Below, piece by piece: positions 59,441-64,000 of a stretch of 64,000 nt of DNA. The DNA lies in assembly GCF_037042905.1 (NCBI RefSeq), contig NC_087250.1, positions 4,900,001 through 4,964,000 of the forward strand, given 5' to 3'. Below the pieces are notes generated by a model. That model did no database searches. It was not told the origin of the DNA and saw only the letters and a program-made list of their open reading frames with translations. Position 1 is the first letter of the stretch. Every line of letters starts with the position of its first letter. Position numbers and translations under genes: made by a program. Source of the stretch: Lytechinus pictus. Lineage: Eukaryota.

Positions 59441-62400
59441 CTGTAATAGCACACGTAGATTTTCATCTTTGTATATTTATCTATCTGACTCAACCTTATA
59501 CAAGCAGTCATGTCTCAAGAATGTGCGGCTCACATAACGACTGCACAGGGATCATGAGAAAGTTCATTCCTAGAGGGACTACAAGACAAAACATTTTCCT
59601 CGTTACCTTGCTACTTCTAGAAGGTGACATAATATTTTGTAACTTTCAACGACTTGTAGATGTACAAGTGTGTCTTTGTTTATAACTGCAAAGCACTCTT
59701 TATATTTTAATTGAAGTAATGATTTTTTTATGGAGGGGAGGGGCACAGCAAGAATGATTTTTATAGTTCCTCAAAATTCCGGGTAACAAAAAATTGTGTA
59801 AATATGTAGTGTAGGCCTATAAAATGTACATATGTGTGTACCTCAATGATAAAAACCTACATGGAAAATTGAAGGTTCACATGAATGTTTAAATTCTATT
59901 AAACTTCTTGAAAACATTTCGTAGATATATATAATTATTTCATAATTTGAGGACTGGAAAGGAGGGTGGGGGGTGGCACCAAACGGTTATTGATTTTGAT
60001 TGCTTCTACGACTAAAGGTAATGAAGCACATTATGAGTTTGTGTCTCAACAATGTATAATTTGTAAATTTTGTGAGTGCTGAAATTCAAAGTTCTGCAAA
60101 AGATATTTTGTATCTTGGGCATGCTTCTATAAGGGGGAGGATATGATTTGGGGTTTTCAGTTTCATTGCTGCTCCTTCAACTTATAAAGGAGACGAAATA
60201 TCTTGCAAATTTGTTTTTCTCAGATGTAGATCTTTGTGAATGTTTAACTTTGGGCTAAAAAAATGTTATTGATATTTTACAAGCTACTCTAAATGGTGAT
60301 TATAAAAGAGGCTATACTTCACAAGGAGAAGGACCGCTCAAATATCTGCAAAACATTTTCTTGTACATGTCTGCTTCTCCTGAGAAACAGCTGGTGATAA
60401 AAAAATATTTTGTAACATTGTATCTTTACTTTGATTAACAAGGATATAAACTGTTCATAGGTCACAGTTGAAATTTTGGTGCAAGACATTTTCCATCTAT
60501 GAACAGATAATATCGACTATCGATGTGTAGGCTATAAAAGTAATGGCAAACATTCTCTCAAAACAAGATCTTTAACAATATAAACAATTGCTCAACTTTG
60601 TATAGCATTTTTCTATTTTTGCAAAGGAATTTACCCTCATGCTAGAACAATAATGCTTCCCCTTTTAGAAAACTGACTTTTGCACACCATTTTACGTATT
60701 CTTAGAAATGAAAACAGTAGAATGTTTTTCAAACTTTGAACTTTGTAATGATGAGTAAGTAGTAAAACAAAAGTCATTGAAAAGTAATAGCCATTGTTGA
60801 AAATCTGTTCATGGCAGTCCCTATTGTTAATCTGTATACGGGTAGTCCGCAGGCACAGACCCTAATTGAAACTTTGATCAAAGAGTGGGTCTCCAAGCAA
60901 AGACTAGCACATACAAAACTTGCTGTTTCAATTCCTGAGCGAGAGGGCCTTCAGTACACAAGGCATGAGTAGGCTGCACATTCAGACCCTTAAACTCGAG
61001 TGAAGGGTTTGCTCAGCAGACTAGTATACGGGCACAAGAAAATGTATGTTTTCCCTATAATGAGTACTCAATAAACTCTGTCATTTTCATTTGCCCATAT
61101 TTACATGTTGTTGGCCTAATAGGTCTAGTAATTCTAGCATTGACAGTTTATCATTTGAAAAATTGACTTCACAAACTACCTTTTCTCATATCATCTCTGC
61201 ACGTCTCTGCTTGCATATATCCCGACAATAAGATACAAAAATATAATTGGGCTGCATTCAATAAGTAAATGATTTATAAAGTTGCCAAAAGAAATGAAAT
61301 TTGTGGTGCATCAGTATCAATCCTGTATTTTTACAGGCAGACTTACATTCAAGTCTCTTTTTTACGGGCTAATATACACTTGCGCATATTTAAAGAAAAC
61401 TTAATATTAGCAATCAATAATATTAGCTTATGACAGCCACATCAATCATGGCATCATGTCCATTTAAGTTTCGTTTGCTCATTCACATTTTGTTTGCTCA
61501 TTGGTAAGAGCAAACATGCCATATTAAAGGTATTTGAGAAGGGGGTTCAAGGGTCAAAAGCTGAAAATAAAAAAAAGAAAGAGGCTCACTGGAATATTTT
61601 GCCATAAAGTAATAGGACTTTATATTTTTATAGAAGGTACTATTTCACTATGGATTACTGTTTTTATGAAGATCAAGAAATATATGATGATGATAATGAT
61701 GATAATAAATTGGACTTGTTTCATGTCAACTCCACTCCGTAGAGTGCTCAAGGAGCTGTTCAAGAAATTTTGAAGGAGATAAAAGAATTGAACAGAAATG
61801 TTTTTACATGTTTTTTTAAGTTAAATTTTTTTTATTTTGTTATGGGAAGGCTGTTCGATAAAAACCATAACTTAGAGGATGAGAGGAAAAATGATCTTTC
61901 TGGGATACAGATTTACTGTTACCAATGAATCTGCCAACTAGAAGCCTCTCAATAGTTTGAAGCCTCTCAATAGTTTTATGTAAGCACCCACTGGATAGGG
62001 TCAAATGGTCTTTATTGACTACAGTAATTCAGTTAACTTTCAGTCCAGTGGGTGCTCAATCTATACTCTGTTATGTTTATTATCTGCTGTACTACACTGT
62101 ACCAATTTCTTATACTTTTCATTGCCGAAATAAATAATGATAATAATAATAATAGGATAACATCATAACAGATATCTGCGCAACTTTTGAGACAAAACTC
62201 AACATAGATGTAGACGACGTAAATATTTGTGTTTTTGTCTGCTTGTCTTGTTGTTGTTTTTTGTGCATCTATAATAAGCCTATATGTATAAGGATCTGGA
62301 AAATACTTCAATTTTGAAAGAGAATTATCCAACTCACAAAAGGTTGAGTGATGCAGACTATTGTGTATGTCAAGGGTACCGTAATGTTATTCCTGTCTGA

Positions 62401-63082
62401 TTCTCATTATACAGGATAATGCATTGAAGTCCTGGACTAACTTTATTCAAGGATTAACTATCAATATGAACAAGGCCATTCAATGACATAATAGTGCAAG
62501 ACTAACCCCTCTTTAGCTGACAGCTGAAGTATGATTGATGTGTTCATACAAGAAATAATCTCTAATAAAGCAAATTACAGATTATTATTACATGAACAAG
62601 GCAAGGTCCCCTCTTTTGAAATTCTGACTAATATGCCGTGGGAATAAAAAATAATGTGAAATTATTAAGGTTTATATGAAATCCTGAAGATATTTGGCCC
62701 TTAAACTGTTTCAAACCTACTGAGAAAACTTTATAATTGCAGTTATATTGTAAAAAATAAGATGGAGAGAATATTTTTTGTTTTCTTGACTCGAAGATAA
62801 GCCTAATATTTTGATGACCATGATACCCCCAACACCCCGCCCCCCCTCCATTCACATTTCAAACAAGGGTCAATGATCTTGTTTTACAAACATATGCTCT
62901 CTCCCAATTTATATTTGATAGCTGATGCATAATAATGATAACATGCAAATTCAAAACAAGAAAGTGATAATTATTCAATTAAAGCAACAAAGAGAAAGGT
63001 CATTGAATTTCTTCTAAAAAACAAAAACTCATCATTCACACTTAATTTAAAAATATTTCTAAATATAAAAAAAAACTTTTAA

Positions 63083-63698
63083 AGGTCAAGTCCACCCCAG
63101 TAAAATACTGACTTGAATATATATATTAATAGAGAAAAATCAAACTAGCATAGTGCTGAAAATTTCATCAAAATCGGATGTAAAATAAAGAAAGTTATGA
63201 CATTTTAAAGTTTTGCTTATTTTTCACAAAAACAGTGAATGCACAACTTGGTGAGTCAGTCGATGATGACCATCACTCACTATTTCTTTTGTTTTTTATT
63301 GTTTGAATTATACAATATTTCATTTTTATAGATTTGACAATAAGGACCTACATGTACATGTACTAAACTGAACCATATAGTATTAAACAATGCTAATTCC
63401 ACATGTACAGGGAGGAATTAATCGTTGTATCACTTGACAATGAGGAGAAAATTAGAACATTTCATATTTCATACAATGAAATACAAAAGAAACAGCGAGT
63501 GGATGACGTCATCAGTCTCCTCATTTGCATACCGACCAGAATGTGCATATCACTGTTTTTTTTTATTATTAAAGCCAAACTTTAAAATGTCATAACTTTC
63601 TTATTTTACATCCGATTTTGATGAAATTTTCTATGTTATGCTTGTTGGATTTTTTTCTTTTTATTCAAATCTACTTTTTGTTAGGTTGGACTTGTCCT
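63083..63698. mobile_element. Kolobok-like family D
   Basis: TIRs and homology. Confidence 0.85.
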
Positions 63699-63755
63699 TT
63701 TAAAGCAGCATGGCACATGACAGGGTTTATGGGAACAGGGTAACATTTTATACAT

Positions 63756-64000
63756 AAGCGGATTAAGCACTTACTGTCCTTTGATATTATGAAGAAGCTG
63801 TACTTTTCTATGATTTTACCTTACATTGATTACTGTATTACATCTTGGGGAAGCAGTGCAAAAATACATTTAGATAAGATACAAAAACTTCAAAATAAAT
63901 ATGCCAGAATGCTTTTGAAAAAAAATTATAATACATCACAAATTTCTTTGTTGCAGTCACTGAAGTGGCAATCAGTAGATCAGCGTATAAAATATCAGTA
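63756..64000 (+). mobile_element. 5'-truncated CR1/L2-group ORF2 fragment running off the window
   Basis: KLYFSMILPYIDYCITSWG...LDKIQKLQNKYAR, similar to the C-terminus of the 44005 ORF2. Confidence 0.8.

Noticed and set aside
59607..59616. Possible 10-nt microexon (ctag|AAGTAGCAAG|gtaacg)
   Set aside because: Too short, weak pyrimidine tract, no supporting frame evidence

Overview
AT-rich, repeat-dense eukaryotic DNA; a marine invertebrate deuterostome (sea-urchin-like) is inferred from the gene and repeat content, not proven. The window holds the 3' ~54 kb of one minus-strand gene of the p120/delta-catenin subfamily (CTNND2/ARVCF/PKP4-like). I reconstructed 25 GT-AG exons (57796 down to the stop at 4219). 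Their phases chain into one open frame of ~1078 aa with armadillo repeats, the CFGGSKKK insert loop and a C-terminal DSWV PDZ-binding motif; the 5' end lies beyond the window. Introns contain an apparently intact CR1/L2-group LINE nested in a MITE, a young non-coding LTR element, tRNA-derived SINEs, many non-autonomous DNA transposons and long (ATC/ACC)n tracts. Most notable: pervasive TA->TACATGTA scars; repeated local duplication of exon boundaries, one copy showing mostly synonymous divergence; CWG-flanked MITEs with inverted flanks; SINE tail swapping; and a 32-bp TTAA-to-TTAA target duplication. All coordinates were read by eye.
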